64,000 nt of DNA from Phycisphaerae bacterium (GTDB taxonomy: Bacteria; Planctomycetota; Phycisphaerae; UBA1845; Fen-1342): NCBI GenBank assembly GCA_050115495.1, contig JASFQK010000010.1:96360-160359 (forward strand), written 5' to 3'. Each line of letters opens with the position of its first letter. Positions within the stretch are counted from its first letter, which is position 1. Below the pieces are notes generated by a model, which searched no databases, was not told where the DNA came from, and worked only from the letters and a program-made list of their open reading frames with translations. The translations under genes and the position numbers were made by a program. Positions 46,217 to 55,928 of this stretch are shown here, piece by piece.

Positions 46217-49189
46217 TCAGCTCGCCTCCGCCTGCGGATTCTCGCCAGCACTCACAAGCTCGTCGACAATTCGGTTGAAACCGTCTCGACAACATATGAC
46301 ATCCTGGCACGCTCGATCAGGATGCATGCCTGTAATCACACTGTGGCGTTCCGTCTGGAGCCACGACGACAGATCGCTGGGATACGGGCATCCATAGTCT
46401 GGATCAAGTCGTCTGTACGAGCAGAACGAGATCCATGCGTCCTCAGTTGGACGCATCCTGACGCCGCATACTACCCTCTCCTCACTTCTTCCCTCACCAC
46501 ATGATGAGATGACCATGCGATAATACGCAGAATAGCACACTCCGTATTCCTTTGGAGGGATAAACACACTCCTTCTGGACGGTGTCGTCGATGCCAGCCA
46601 CTCCTCAAACCATCGCGGCGTAAGCGCAAAGCCGCTGAATTCCTTGAGCACCTGCCTCATTATCTCTATGTCCTCGGTAGAATACTCGAGATACGGTTCT
46701 CGGCCGCACTCGCGAGTAACCGGCCGAAGAACCAATGCCGTAGCGCGCCCTGCCCGCCACTCCTTGCACGCGTCGGCCAGTCCCGAGATAACATGTGGAT
46801 GAAGCAAGATAGAGATCGTTGCCGTTACCCCACTGCGCAGCAGCTTCTTGATCCCACCGACGGTTGCATCCCAGAGTCCGTTTTCATGGTCTAATCCATG
46901 GCTCCTTGCATGGGCCTGAGCCGAGCAACCGTCGAGGGATACACGCAAGTGGACACGACGTCTCGTTTCTATTAACGCAGCTTGAATGACATCCTCGGCA
47001 AGTCTGCTTCCGTTGGTCACAACTAAGACATCATACCCCATTGCCGCCACGACACGCAACAACGTCGCAAACTCTGGATGGAGCGTCGGCTCTCCGCCGT
47101 AGAAACCCACACGACGACAACCCGCCGCCTTCAGGTCGGCACAAATAGACAAACACCTATCAAGCGACAAGAACACTCTCTTGCCGCGCAACTCTCCTTC
47201 AATACAGCCTTGGCAACTGTAATTGCAGGCGGCCACCGGGTCAATGTGAACCGTATCAAGCGGAACATCAGCCCAACGGTTCTTCTGCCTGAAACGCACT
47301 CCCATGCTGGCGGCCAGTCCATCAGCCATTCCTATCGATGTTTTCAAGCATAGTTCCCTGAAGTGCACCGGACTATCCAGGAACTGCATGTGACGGACGC
47401 CTTCGATTCGAATGGGTTCCTCCGGGATCTCATATACAGCCTCGAAGTACATAGGAATACGCCCATCACACTGGCCCGCCAAGCTCTGAAGGAATCTCTC
47501 GATGTTTTCCCGTTGGAATAGCATGGCTCCCGCATAAGTGGCCTTGCTATGAATACCCGCCACAATCCAAATCGCCGTCTCCACATCGAGATCGGGAACT
47601 TCCACATTGCATAAACCATGACTCGGACCGATCCCAGGAAGTCGCATGAGAAGCAGGTAGTCCGTGAAGCGATCAAACAACTCCTGGTCCGGTTTCTTGT
47701 TGGAACGAAACCGGCGGTCGGCCCCGATTTCGAGGTGCTGTTGGACAGCCTCCTGTGCCCGTTCGTCGACAAAGCGAACGAGGCCACCCGCCAGATACAC
47801 ATGGTAGCGATCAAGAAGTGAGGCAACGTAGGGATTGTAGTGCGGTGAATCCACGAGGAATACTACGCCCTTGTTCTCGAACTTCTGCCATTCTGTTGGT
47901 TCTCCCCGATCGATGCGAACCAGATGCCCTTTGACCTGATCGAGCATTCTTAGCAGGGCCGCATTGATGGTTTCGCCCGGTGACAATACTCCGAAGCTCT
48001 CAAACTTGCGTGATTCACAGTGAGCAACGACTGCCCAACCGGCATGTGGGCTAGTTCCGAGGAATCGCTCCGTACCCACCTGGGCGTCATGAATGCTCTG
48101 CTTGAACTCACCAAACGATACGCCGTGTTGCATTGCAAGGGTCTCACAAGCGTGCTCCTGCGGCGCACTCCAACCGTTCTCTCGGTCGAATAGGCCGTCG
48201 GTAATCCACGCATAGGTGCGCCGAACGGCCTTGGATTGCTCGGGCTGGCCAAACTCGAGACGCAGCACCTGGTAATGATTGCCCTCCGGTAACGTGTAGC
48301 CATGGAGAAAGGAGTGGCCTGTCGCCAGCGTGAAGAGGCTCGGCTGGGCACCCAAAAGCGTCGTTGTCTTGCCGCTGGGTGCATGTGTGTGCCCTGAAAG
48401 AAGTAGGCGAAAGCGGTGCCGGACCAGCCAAGCCATCAACTGGTCACGGTCCACTTGGTCGGGTACTGACGGATCGGGCGCAGGGAGATCCTCGAGATGA
48501 TGGTGCATGAGGGCTATCCGAAGTGTGTGAGGTTGGTCGTCGAGAAGACCGGTCAATGCGCGTAAGTCCGAACGTGTGAGGACCGGGTGGGTGTCAATCG
48601 GAGGAGCTGATGCTGGGCTCACCCCGTCGCTAGCACCATACCAGTGGATGTTGATGCAGCTATTCAGGTCGATGATCTGGGCGCAGAAAGGAAACGTGAT
48701 GCGAACGGTGACGTAGGGACGGTTAAGTGTGAAACCGCGCGCGAAGTGAGCATATTCTGTGAGTTCTTCTAGGAATATCTTGAAGGCGCGGTACTTGGGG
48801 TGCGACTCCTGAGCAATGGAAGCAGGCTGGCTGGGATCGTACGGGCATAGCTCGAGATCGTGGTTGCCAGGTATACAGATTATGTGGTCAGGGCGCAAAA
48901 CGCTGTTCTTGAGTGCGTCACGGAAGCACAGACGGAGACTCCGGAAGAACTCGAGCGCGGCCTGAAATTCACTCCATTCATGGTGGTGTGTGATGTCGCC
49001 TGTAACGAGAAGAAAAGTCTCTTCTGTGAGAAATGGAATCGAGTACGCGATCTCCACCTCATGCAGGTCAGCGGCGAGGCGCTCGGCGGTGACGCGTGCG
49101 AGGTCCGCAGAGGGATGGTGAGCATGCCCTTCCCGTGGGGGCTTACCGATGTGGAGATCGGAAAGATGGACTAGCGTGAGTCCGGCCAT
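46217..49189 (-). CDS. Calcineurin-like metallophosphoesterase / central alpha-beta domain / radical SAM (Twitch-like) fusion, about 990 aa
   Basis: HLSDLH, VTGD, PGNHD, HHH, GHTH; then CNYSCQGC, GGEPTLHP, VTNG, RVSLDG and Cys-containing tail; ggagg RBS before ATG 49189. Confidence 0.88.
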   Translation of the reverse strand: MAGLTLVHLSDLHIGKPPREGHAHHPSADLARVTAERLAADLHEVEIAYSIPFLTEETFLLVTGDITHHHEWSEFQAALEFFRSLRLCFRDALKNSVLRPDHIICIPGNHDLELCPYDPSQPASIAQESHPKYRAFKIFLEELTEYAHFARGFTLNRPYVTVRITFPFCAQIIDLNSCINIHWYGASDGVSPASAPPIDTHPVLTRSDLRALTGLLDDQPHTLRIALMHHHLEDLPAPDPSVPDQVDRDQLMAWLVRHRFRLLLSGHTHAPSGKTTTLLGAQPSLFTLATGHSFLHGYTLPEGNHYQVLRLEFGQPEQSKAVRRTYAWITDGLFDRENGWSAPQEHACETLAMQHGVSFGEFKQSIHDAQVGTERFLGTSPHAGWAVVAHCESRKFESFGVLSPGETINAALLRMLDQVKGHLVRIDRGEPTEWQKFENKGVVFLVDSPHYNPYVASLLDRYHVYLAGGLVRFVDERAQEAVQQHLEIGADRRFRSNKKPDQELFDRFTDYLLLMRLPGIGPSHGLCNVEVPDLDVETAIWIVAGIHSKATYAGAMLFQRENIERFLQSLAGQCDGRIPMYFEAVYEIPEEPIRIEGVRHMQFLDSPVHFRELCLKTSIGMADGLAASMGVRFRQKNRWADVPLDTVHIDPVAACNYSCQGCIEGELRGKRVFLSLDRCLSICADLKAAGCRRVGFYGGEPTLHPEFATLLRVVAAMGYDVLVVTNGSRLAEDVIQAALIETRRRVHLRVSLDGCSAQAHARSHGLDHENGLWDATVGGIKKLLRSGVTATISILLHPHVISGLADACKEWRAGRATALVLRPVTRECGREPYLEYSTEDIEIMRQVLKEFSGFALTPRWFEEWLASTTPSRRSVFIPPKEYGVCYSAYYRMVISSCGEGRSEERVVCGVRMRPTEDAWISFCSYRRLDPDYGCPYPSDLSSWLQTERHSVITGMHPDRACQDVICCRDGFNRIVDELVSAGENPQAEAS

Positions 49190-49669
49190 TGGGGAAACCT
49201 CCAGCAAGCAACAGAGAAGAGTGAACAGAGCCGCGGCGGAGTTGTGAGGAGAGGGTAGTCTACGCAAGGTGCCAGCAGGTCATCCAGATCAGAAGGCGAG
49301 GCAGGGCGAGTACGGCGCGAACGTGCTCGCAGAATGCGCATGCGGGCGTTGAATGAGAAGGTGCCACCCAATGCGGTCCAGATGTGATGCCTCTCCACCA
49401 TGGGCACGCCCCGTTCGGTCGAGCGGTCACTTGCGCCGTGCCAAGCCGGCGATGCGCCGACAACGATGCCACGAAACATGCGCAATCGGCTTCGCGAGAT
49501 GCTCATATCATGTACTCACCGTGTGACGAGAGCAAGGACCGCGAGCTGCCCGCCGGAGACGAGCACTGAAATCAGCAGAGGGGCAGAGGGTGAGTCGGTC
49601 TTTGGAAAGGTCAGCTTGGTTGTATGCAGAGCTCATTCGAGATCACTCGCACTACGTGATCGCCGCTGC

Positions 49670-50030
49670 TCAGGACACGTCAAGCCAGGTCTTGAGTTCG
49701 ACCTCTGGGGGGTCGCCTAGGCGAGGCAACGTCCGGTCGCAGGCGGCGATCGCCGCGGGCGACGTCGCCAGCAGCACGGCACGGTCAAAGCGGGCGCCGT
49801 GCAGTTTCAACAGGTTGGCCGCAATATCCGACTTCCCTGTTTCGATCTCGATGGCGACGCGTTCACCGGGGCGAGTGGCCAGCACATCGATGACGCCACC
49901 ACCAGGCACGGTATACTCCAGGGTCACGTCGAAGCCGCATTGCTCAAAATGTGCGGCGGTTCGTTGCACCCAGAAGGCGTGTTCGACGCTTGCGCGGGGG
50001 CGAGGGCCCGGATCAAGCCCCAGAACCGGT
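49670..50030 (-). pseudogene. 5'-truncated C-terminal restriction-endonuclease-like domain
   Basis: Frame reads LGLDPGPRPRASVEHAFWVQR..EY..GGGVIDV..VAIEIETGKS; it stays open upstream of GTG 49969 with no credible start or RBS. Confidence 0.6.
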
Positions 50031-50649
50031 GCGCAACCGTCTCCAGCAGCAGCAACATCAGACGCCGGTTCGCATGGGCGGAGAAGTGTGTGTCCGAAGG
50101 GGTGTTCGCCGAGGAAACCGGACCGAAGCAGTGTGGTTTGGCGACAGGGAAGTGGCCAAGCGGTTTGGGGGCAGTGGGGTGGGCGAAATACTAACGGTCC
50201 TCCGCCGTGTCGTGCGGTGGTTGTTCGGGGGGGGCTTCGTCACATCCGGTCCTCGTTGCTAAAGGACTTGCAGCGATGGAAATCGTTTTAGTGTTTGGCC
50301 GGGGCCGGCTCGCGGTACGGTGAAGCGTGTGGGTGGCTCGGCTGGCTTGGCCGGGGCGGCGGTGGCGGGGTGGAACGGGTTATTGCGGACCTTGAAGATT
50401 ATGTGGGGTGGCTTGGTGGCGGTGGTCGACGGCGGGGCGGGTACGCGGGTGACGCCGGGGGGCGTTTTATCGGGGGCATCCACGGTCTTCGCCGCCGGTC
50501 GCTGCTATACTTACGGCGTTTGGGTCGCCGTGCGGTTGACGGCTGGATGGCGGACACTCAGAATCTGGTTCCAATGCGCGGAAGGAGGGATACTGCGTAC
50601 GTCGCCGGGGTTCTCCGCGGCGCGACGCCCCTTGCGAGGAGGCACTCTG

Positions 50650-52926
50650 GTGGCTGAAACGTCGGTGCGGCCCGCCTCGGTCGCAGATTTCACGTTCAAA
50701 GTGGGCGACAAGTCCACCGAAGACCTCAAGGTCAGCGGCTTCGAAGGGACCGAGGGGATCAGCCGGCTGTTCCGGTTTCGGATCATGCTCTGTTCGAGCG
50801 AGCCGGCCATCGCATTCGATGAGATCGTCGGGAAGCCGTGCGTCCTCGAGATCGCCGGCGCGAGCGGATCGCGGTTCGTCAACGGCATCGTGCGGCGGTT
50901 CGAGCGCAGCGGCGAGGGCTCATCGCTGACGTACTACACCGCGGTCGTCGTTCCGGTGCACTGGCTGCTGACGCGGCGGCACAAGTCGCGCATCTTCCAG
51001 GAGCACAACTGCCCGGACATGACCGTTCCCGGGATCATCAAGAAGGTGCTCCAGGACGCGGGCATACCGGAGGACAACTACCGGTTTGCGCTGCAGGGGA
51101 GCTACGACAAGCGCGAATACGTGGTGCAATACCGCGAATCGGAGATGAACTTCATCGCGCGGCTCATGGAAGAGGAGGGCATCTTCTTCTTCTTCGAGCA
51201 CACGGTCGACGGGCACAAGCTGGTCTTCGGCGACAGCCCGGTCGCCCACGTCCCCGCGCCGAATCAGGCGGAATTGGTCTATCGCGACCGAACCGGACTC
51301 GTCGCGGAGACCGAGCAGGAGCACATTCACGAAATCCGGGACGGACAGGAGATCCGGATCGGCGCGGTACGGCTCGACGACCACAACTACGAGCAGCCGC
51401 AGGTCGATCTGATGGCGACCGCCGCCGCCTCCCAGTACACCTCGCTCGAATACAGCGACTATCCCGGCGAGTACGTCGACAAGTCGGTCGGGGCGCGCTA
51501 CGCGACGATCCGCCTGGAGGAGTTCCAGTGTCGCCGGTGGATTCAGCACATGGGCGCGAGCGCACGGGCGCTGCTACCCGGCTACAAGTTCACGCTAGCC
51601 GAACACCCCGTCGCGGCGATGAACCGCGATTACCTGGTGACGCGCGTGGTGCACACGGCTCGGCAGCCGCAGAGCCTTGATGCCGAAGCCGGTGCGGGGT
51701 ACGGCGCGGAGTACAAGGCCGAGCTGCGCGCGATCCCGGCGGATGTGCCCTTCCGACCCGCGCGAACCACGCGACGCCCTCGCATTCACGGCACGCAGAC
51801 GGCGATCGTCGCCGGTCCGGCCGGCGAGGAGATCTACACCGACAAGTACGGCCGAGTGAAGGTCCAGTTCCACTGGGACCGTGAGGGGGAGCACAACGAG
51901 AAGAGCTCACGCTGGGTGCGCGTCAGTCAGGGTTCGGCGGGTGGGCAGTACGGCATGATGTTCCTGCCGCGTGTCGGGCAGGAGGTCGTGGTCGATTTTC
52001 TGGAAGGCGACCCGGACCAACCGATCATCACCGGCCGCGTCTACAACGACGACCTGATGCCGCCATACACGCTGCCGGACGAGAAGACCAAGAGCGTGAT
52101 CAAGACGCACAGCTCGAAGGGCGGCGGCGGGACCAACGAGATCCGCTTCGAGGACCTCAAAGACAGCGAGCAGGTCCTGGTCTACGCGCAGAAGGACCTG
52201 CACGTTCGGGTGAACAACGACCGGGTCGAGAACGTCGACCACAACCGTCACCTGACCGTCAAGGAAAACAAGTTCGAGCTGGTCAAGCAGAAGAAGCACG
52301 TCGAGGTCAAGCTCGACCACAACGAAAAGATCGGCGGCGATATGTCGCTCGAGGTCGCCGGCGCTGTTTCCGAGGATTTCGGCGGCAACCACAGCGAGAA
52401 TACGGGCGGCAATCTCTATCTCAAGGCGGGACAGAACACGGTGATCGAGGCCGCGATGGGCCTGACGCTGAAGGTCGGCAGCAACTTCATCAAGATCGAC
52501 AGCAGCGGCATCGCGATCGTCGGCACGATGACCAAGATCAACAGCGGCGGCGCCGCCGGCAGCGGCACGGCCGGCACCGTCAACACGCCCGAGGAGACGA
52601 TCGACGCCGACGCGGCGGTACCGGGAGCCGACGTCACGTACGCGGCCACGCCCACTCCAGACGAAGCCCTGGAGGTCGAGCAGGGCGAGTTCACGCCGGC
52701 CGAATACGAGATGGAGGAGAAGATCACCTCGTGGGTCGAGATTGAGCTGGTCGACGAGGCTGGCCAGCCAGTCCCCAACGAGCTGTATGAGCTGACCTAC
52801 CCGGACGGCAGGAAGCGTCGCGGCAAGCTTGATGAAAGGGGGCAAGCGCATATCGGCCTGCCGGAGCCGATTACGGTCGAAGTGACCTTCCCGCACTTGG
52901 ATGCGGATGCCTGGGAGCGTGCATGA
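50650..52926 (+). CDS. vgrG: Type VI secretion spike protein VgrG with a C-terminal transthyretin-like extension
   Basis: EGISRLF, RIFQ, VQYRES..F..RLMEEEG, QTA.V.GP.GEEI.TD.YGRVKVQFHWDR, PRVGQEV.V.FLEGDPD.P, NEIRFED; gaggagg RBS before GTG 50650. Confidence 0.96.
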   Translation: MAETSVRPASVADFTFKVGDKSTEDLKVSGFEGTEGISRLFRFRIMLCSSEPAIAFDEIVGKPCVLEIAGASGSRFVNGIVRRFERSGEGSSLTYYTAVVVPVHWLLTRRHKSRIFQEHNCPDMTVPGIIKKVLQDAGIPEDNYRFALQGSYDKREYVVQYRESEMNFIARLMEEEGIFFFFEHTVDGHKLVFGDSPVAHVPAPNQAELVYRDRTGLVAETEQEHIHEIRDGQEIRIGAVRLDDHNYEQPQVDLMATAAASQYTSLEYSDYPGEYVDKSVGARYATIRLEEFQCRRWIQHMGASARALLPGYKFTLAEHPVAAMNRDYLVTRVVHTARQPQSLDAEAGAGYGAEYKAELRAIPADVPFRPARTTRRPRIHGTQTAIVAGPAGEEIYTDKYGRVKVQFHWDREGEHNEKSSRWVRVSQGSAGGQYGMMFLPRVGQEVVVDFLEGDPDQPIITGRVYNDDLMPPYTLPDEKTKSVIKTHSSKGGGGTNEIRFEDLKDSEQVLVYAQKDLHVRVNNDRVENVDHNRHLTVKENKFELVKQKKHVEVKLDHNEKIGGDMSLEVAGAVSEDFGGNHSENTGGNLYLKAGQNTVIEAAMGLTLKVGSNFIKIDSSGIAIVGTMTKINSGGAAGSGTAGTVNTPEETIDADAAVPGADVTYAATPTPDEALEVEQGEFTPAEYEMEEKITSWVEIELVDEAGQPVPNELYELTYPDGRKRRGKLDERGQAHIGLPEPITVEVTFPHLDADAWERA

Positions 52927-53801
52927 TGGGCGATCCAAGGAGCGGATCCGGTCAGGATGATTTCCAGAAGCGTCTGGAGCGATCGCTTCAGGAGGTGCGG
53001 AACAAGCCGAAGCGGGAGGCGGCTGCTCCGTCGCCGGCTGCTCCCGCCGCCGGCTTCGAACAGCGTCTCAAAGAGGCGATGTCGCAATCCCAGGGTGGCG
53101 GGACGGCCGAGCCCGCCCGGGCCAGCCGGGACAGCGACGAGCACAGCGGCGGCCCGGTTGGTCAGGGCGACCACGTGGTTCGCCAAGGCGAGTGCATCTC
53201 GTCGATCGCGAAGAAGCGCGGGCTCTTCTGGGAGAACATCTGGAACGACGCCGCCAACAGCGAGTTGCGGTCGGCGCGCAAGAGCCCGAACGTGCTGCTG
53301 CCGGGCGACCGCGTGACGATTCCGGACAAGGAGCGCAAGGACGAGCCGATCGCTCCGGAAGAGCGGCACCGGTTCGTCCGCCGCGGTGAGCCGTCGTCGA
53401 TCAACATGTGTTTCACGGAGCTCGGCAAGCCGCTCGCCGGCCGTTCGTACGAGGCGTACGTTGACGGCAAGCTCGCGCAGGAAGGTTCGCTCGATGGCAA
53501 CGGCGGCGTCGAAGTCCCGCTGCCGTCGAATGCGGCGCGGGCGGAATTCGTCGTCTACGACGAGCACGGCATCGAGAAGCGGCACAAGATCCAACTGCGG
53601 CAGGTGCCGCCGATCAGTGAGCTTTGCGGCGTGCAGGCGCGACTGAATAACCTCGGTTACCCGTGTGGCCACGATGCGAGGCGTTTCACGCCGATGATCG
53701 CGCGGGCGGTCGAGGCATTCCAGCGCGACTACAAGCTGCCGATCAACGGATTGCCGGATGAGACGATGCGGAAGAAGCTGGTGGAGGTCCACGGTTGCTG
53801 A
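52923..53801 (+). CDS. LysM-like plus peptidoglycan-binding domain protein (vgrG-associated)
   Basis: HVVRQGECISSIA..PNVLLPGD..IP; GVQARLNNLGY..AVEAFQ..LPING..D; ATGA overlap with vgrG. Confidence 0.85.
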   Translation: MMGDPRSGSGQDDFQKRLERSLQEVRNKPKREAAAPSPAAPAAGFEQRLKEAMSQSQGGGTAEPARASRDSDEHSGGPVGQGDHVVRQGECISSIAKKRGLFWENIWNDAANSELRSARKSPNVLLPGDRVTIPDKERKDEPIAPEERHRFVRRGEPSSINMCFTELGKPLAGRSYEAYVDGKLAQEGSLDGNGGVEVPLPSNAARAEFVVYDEHGIEKRHKIQLRQVPPISELCGVQARLNNLGYPCGHDARRFTPMIARAVEAFQRDYKLPINGLPDETMRKKLVEVHGC

Positions 53802-53846
53802 AGGCGCCGGGCACGGAGGCGTGACGCCACTATCGAGACGTGAGAG

Positions 53847-55916
53847 ATGACAGTTACCAACACAGACATCATGGCCGGACCGGCGCAGTCGACCCACCCG
53901 CGCGGCATCCGCGCGGCGCGCGTCGGTGAGTTCGCCGATCAGCTCAAGCTTAGCGACGTCGCCCCGAAGTTCGGGATGACGGTCGAGGAGCTGTGCAAGC
54001 TGACGTTCGGCACGGGGAGTTTGCAGGAGTGCGAGGAGTTCCTGGAGGAGGACTGGGGGCTGCCCGACGCCGTGCTCGACTCCAGCGTTTCGCTCTGGGT
54101 GTTCAAGTACGACCAGGACGGCAACGAGATCAAAGCCGTCGAGGACGTGGAGCTGGGCGAGACGTACTTCGAGCCGCCGGCGCGACGGCCTCCGCAGGTG
54201 CAGCCCACCGGTGCGATCCAGGGTCTGGGTGCTTCGCCGGTCCGGAACACGATCGACATCAAGTTCAAGAACGGCGACATCCTGCTGTGCCATCATGCGG
54301 GCGACGAATTCATCGCCAACATGTCGCTGGCCTGGCCCACGCACGCGGGGATCGTCACCGACGGCGACAACGACGGCGCCACCGACGCGATGCCGGGCAA
54401 ATGGCGCTCGGAGACGGGCTGGGCGGGGGACGGGCGCAGCCTCGTCGTCGATAACCTGCCGGTGCTGATCGGCAACGATGCCTTCTTTGACGAGGGGATT
54501 ACGCCCAGCGGCGGCCTGGTGTATCGCTACAAGGGTGGCGGCCAGCAGGCGATGGGGAACAAGCGGGTCCAGCAGGTCAACAAGAAACGCAGGAAAGGGC
54601 TGGGGCTCTTCGGGTTCCTCCGCAAGAAGGACAAGGCCAAGGTCGTCGAGACCGAGGCCAACCGCGAGATGCTCGCCCGGCAGGTCGCCGAAGCCGCCGC
54701 CCGGTGGGCTCGTTCGCAGGTCGGCAGGAACTACAAGTTCAACCTGCGCAGCAACATCATCGGCGTGGAAGGGCCGCGGCACACGGTACGGCGTGACGAG
54801 CACGGCGGGCTCACCACGCCGGACAAGCAGTTCTCCATGACGAAGTGTGCGGAATGCGGCTTCAAGAAGGGCTCCGCCGCGTGCGAAGAGCTGGACGAGC
54901 TGCTGCATGAGTACAAGGACAAGACGAGCGTGAAGCCGCAGCCGGGCAAGCTGCTGTGTCTGAAGTGCGGCCAGCTCGACACCACCCATCTGCACGTCTG
55001 TGATACGTTGGCCGAGGAGTGCGACGAGTGCGGTTTCCACGAGGACTCCTGGGCGTGCAAGTACTTCCACAAGCAGATGGAGCGGCTGACGGACGAAGGG
55101 GAGGACGGCGACGACTGGTTCTACACGAAGAACCAGGTCAAGGACAAGCTCGGGGCGGGCTCGAACGATTTCCTCTGCATGAGCTGCGGCGAGCTCTGGG
55201 GCAAGGACAAGTGCTGCCAGGGCGGCACGACGGAACTGGTCGATGAGGACGGCAGCCGGCGGCCCTACCACTTCAAGTACCAGGGCAACGTCGGCCTGAC
55301 GACGCCAGCGCACAGCATCTACTGCTCCGAGTTCGTCTGGCGGGCCTATCGGTTCGGCGGCGGGGTGACGCTCGTCGAGCCGAAGGAGTTCCTCTACTTC
55401 TATAAGCACCCGAACCGGGCCACCACCTGGCTGCTGTGGCACGTGAGCGTCAAGGACAAGCAGCGGGCCGACCTGCTTCGGAAGGTGGAGAGGTGGCGGT
55501 GGGTGCCCAATGCCATTCTGCGCAAGGTGCTGATGCAGTGGCACTTCAAGGGTGAGTATTCCGGCTACATCCTCGCGCCCGTGCAACTGGCCCAGTCCAA
55601 GTTCGTCGAGAAGGTGCATCGCGTCCCGGCGAAGGAGGGCAAAGAGCAGATCACCGTGCACAACGTTCACAAGAAGAACATCAGCCCGACGGACGTGGCC
55701 AAGGTGCTGATTACCGACCGGGGCGTTCTGCGGTCGCTGCGGTACAACAAGCTGATGAAAGACCTGCTCGGCGGTACCGACCCAAAGGACGATACGCAGT
55801 TCGAGAAGTGGCTGGAGAAGCACGTCAGGGAAACGAGACGATTCGAGAAGTGGCTGGTGGATCACGCCGTTGAGGAGAAGTACACGGCGGATTCGCTGGA
55901 CAAGCCTGTAGGGTGA
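53847..55916 (+). CDS. Candidate T6SS effector: permuted NlpC/P60 (YiiX/YebB-like) domain with a Cys-rich insertion
   Basis: GDILL (aa143), THAGIV (H166), ARSQVGRNY, YCSEFVWRAY (C493). Confidence 0.75.
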   Translation: MTVTNTDIMAGPAQSTHPRGIRAARVGEFADQLKLSDVAPKFGMTVEELCKLTFGTGSLQECEEFLEEDWGLPDAVLDSSVSLWVFKYDQDGNEIKAVEDVELGETYFEPPARRPPQVQPTGAIQGLGASPVRNTIDIKFKNGDILLCHHAGDEFIANMSLAWPTHAGIVTDGDNDGATDAMPGKWRSETGWAGDGRSLVVDNLPVLIGNDAFFDEGITPSGGLVYRYKGGGQQAMGNKRVQQVNKKRRKGLGLFGFLRKKDKAKVVETEANREMLARQVAEAAARWARSQVGRNYKFNLRSNIIGVEGPRHTVRRDEHGGLTTPDKQFSMTKCAECGFKKGSAACEELDELLHEYKDKTSVKPQPGKLLCLKCGQLDTTHLHVCDTLAEECDECGFHEDSWACKYFHKQMERLTDEGEDGDDWFYTKNQVKDKLGAGSNDFLCMSCGELWGKDKCCQGGTTELVDEDGSRRPYHFKYQGNVGLTTPAHSIYCSEFVWRAYRFGGGVTLVEPKEFLYFYKHPNRATTWLLWHVSVKDKQRADLLRKVERWRWVPNAILRKVLMQWHFKGEYSGYILAPVQLAQSKFVEKVHRVPAKEGKEQITVHNVHKKNISPTDVAKVLITDRGVLRSLRYNKLMKDLLGGTDPKDDTQFEKWLEKHVRETRRFEKWLVDHAVEEKYTADSLDKPVG

Positions 55917-55928
55917 TGGTGACGCGTG

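Larger units (their letters stand above)
44982..50300. mobile_element. Degraded tRNA-anchored genomic island; right boundary uncertain and may extend to about 63.8 kb
   Basis: Starts at the tRNA 3' end; composition shift; nuclease-like ORFs and a truncated gene; no integrase seen. Confidence 0.6.

Noticed and set aside
46217..47300. Calling the radical SAM domain a prokaryotic viperin
   Set aside because: Only generic rSAM motifs are visible, and the Cys-containing tail looks Twitch/SPASM-like. Viperin is used as an analogy only.
50320..50649. N-terminal extension of VgrG given by the ORF track (likewise extended starts for MazG, racemase, nnrD, Gfo and larB)
   Set aside because: Family similarity and RBS positions indicate the downstream starts used in the feature list.
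52797..55865. 1022-aa minus-strand ORF, and similar long antisense ORFs (10546-12228, 19311-21029, 31572-33701, 38266-39906, 61579-63219)
   Set aside because: These are shadow frames opposite well-supported genes, expected in high-GC DNA, and have no recognisable motifs.
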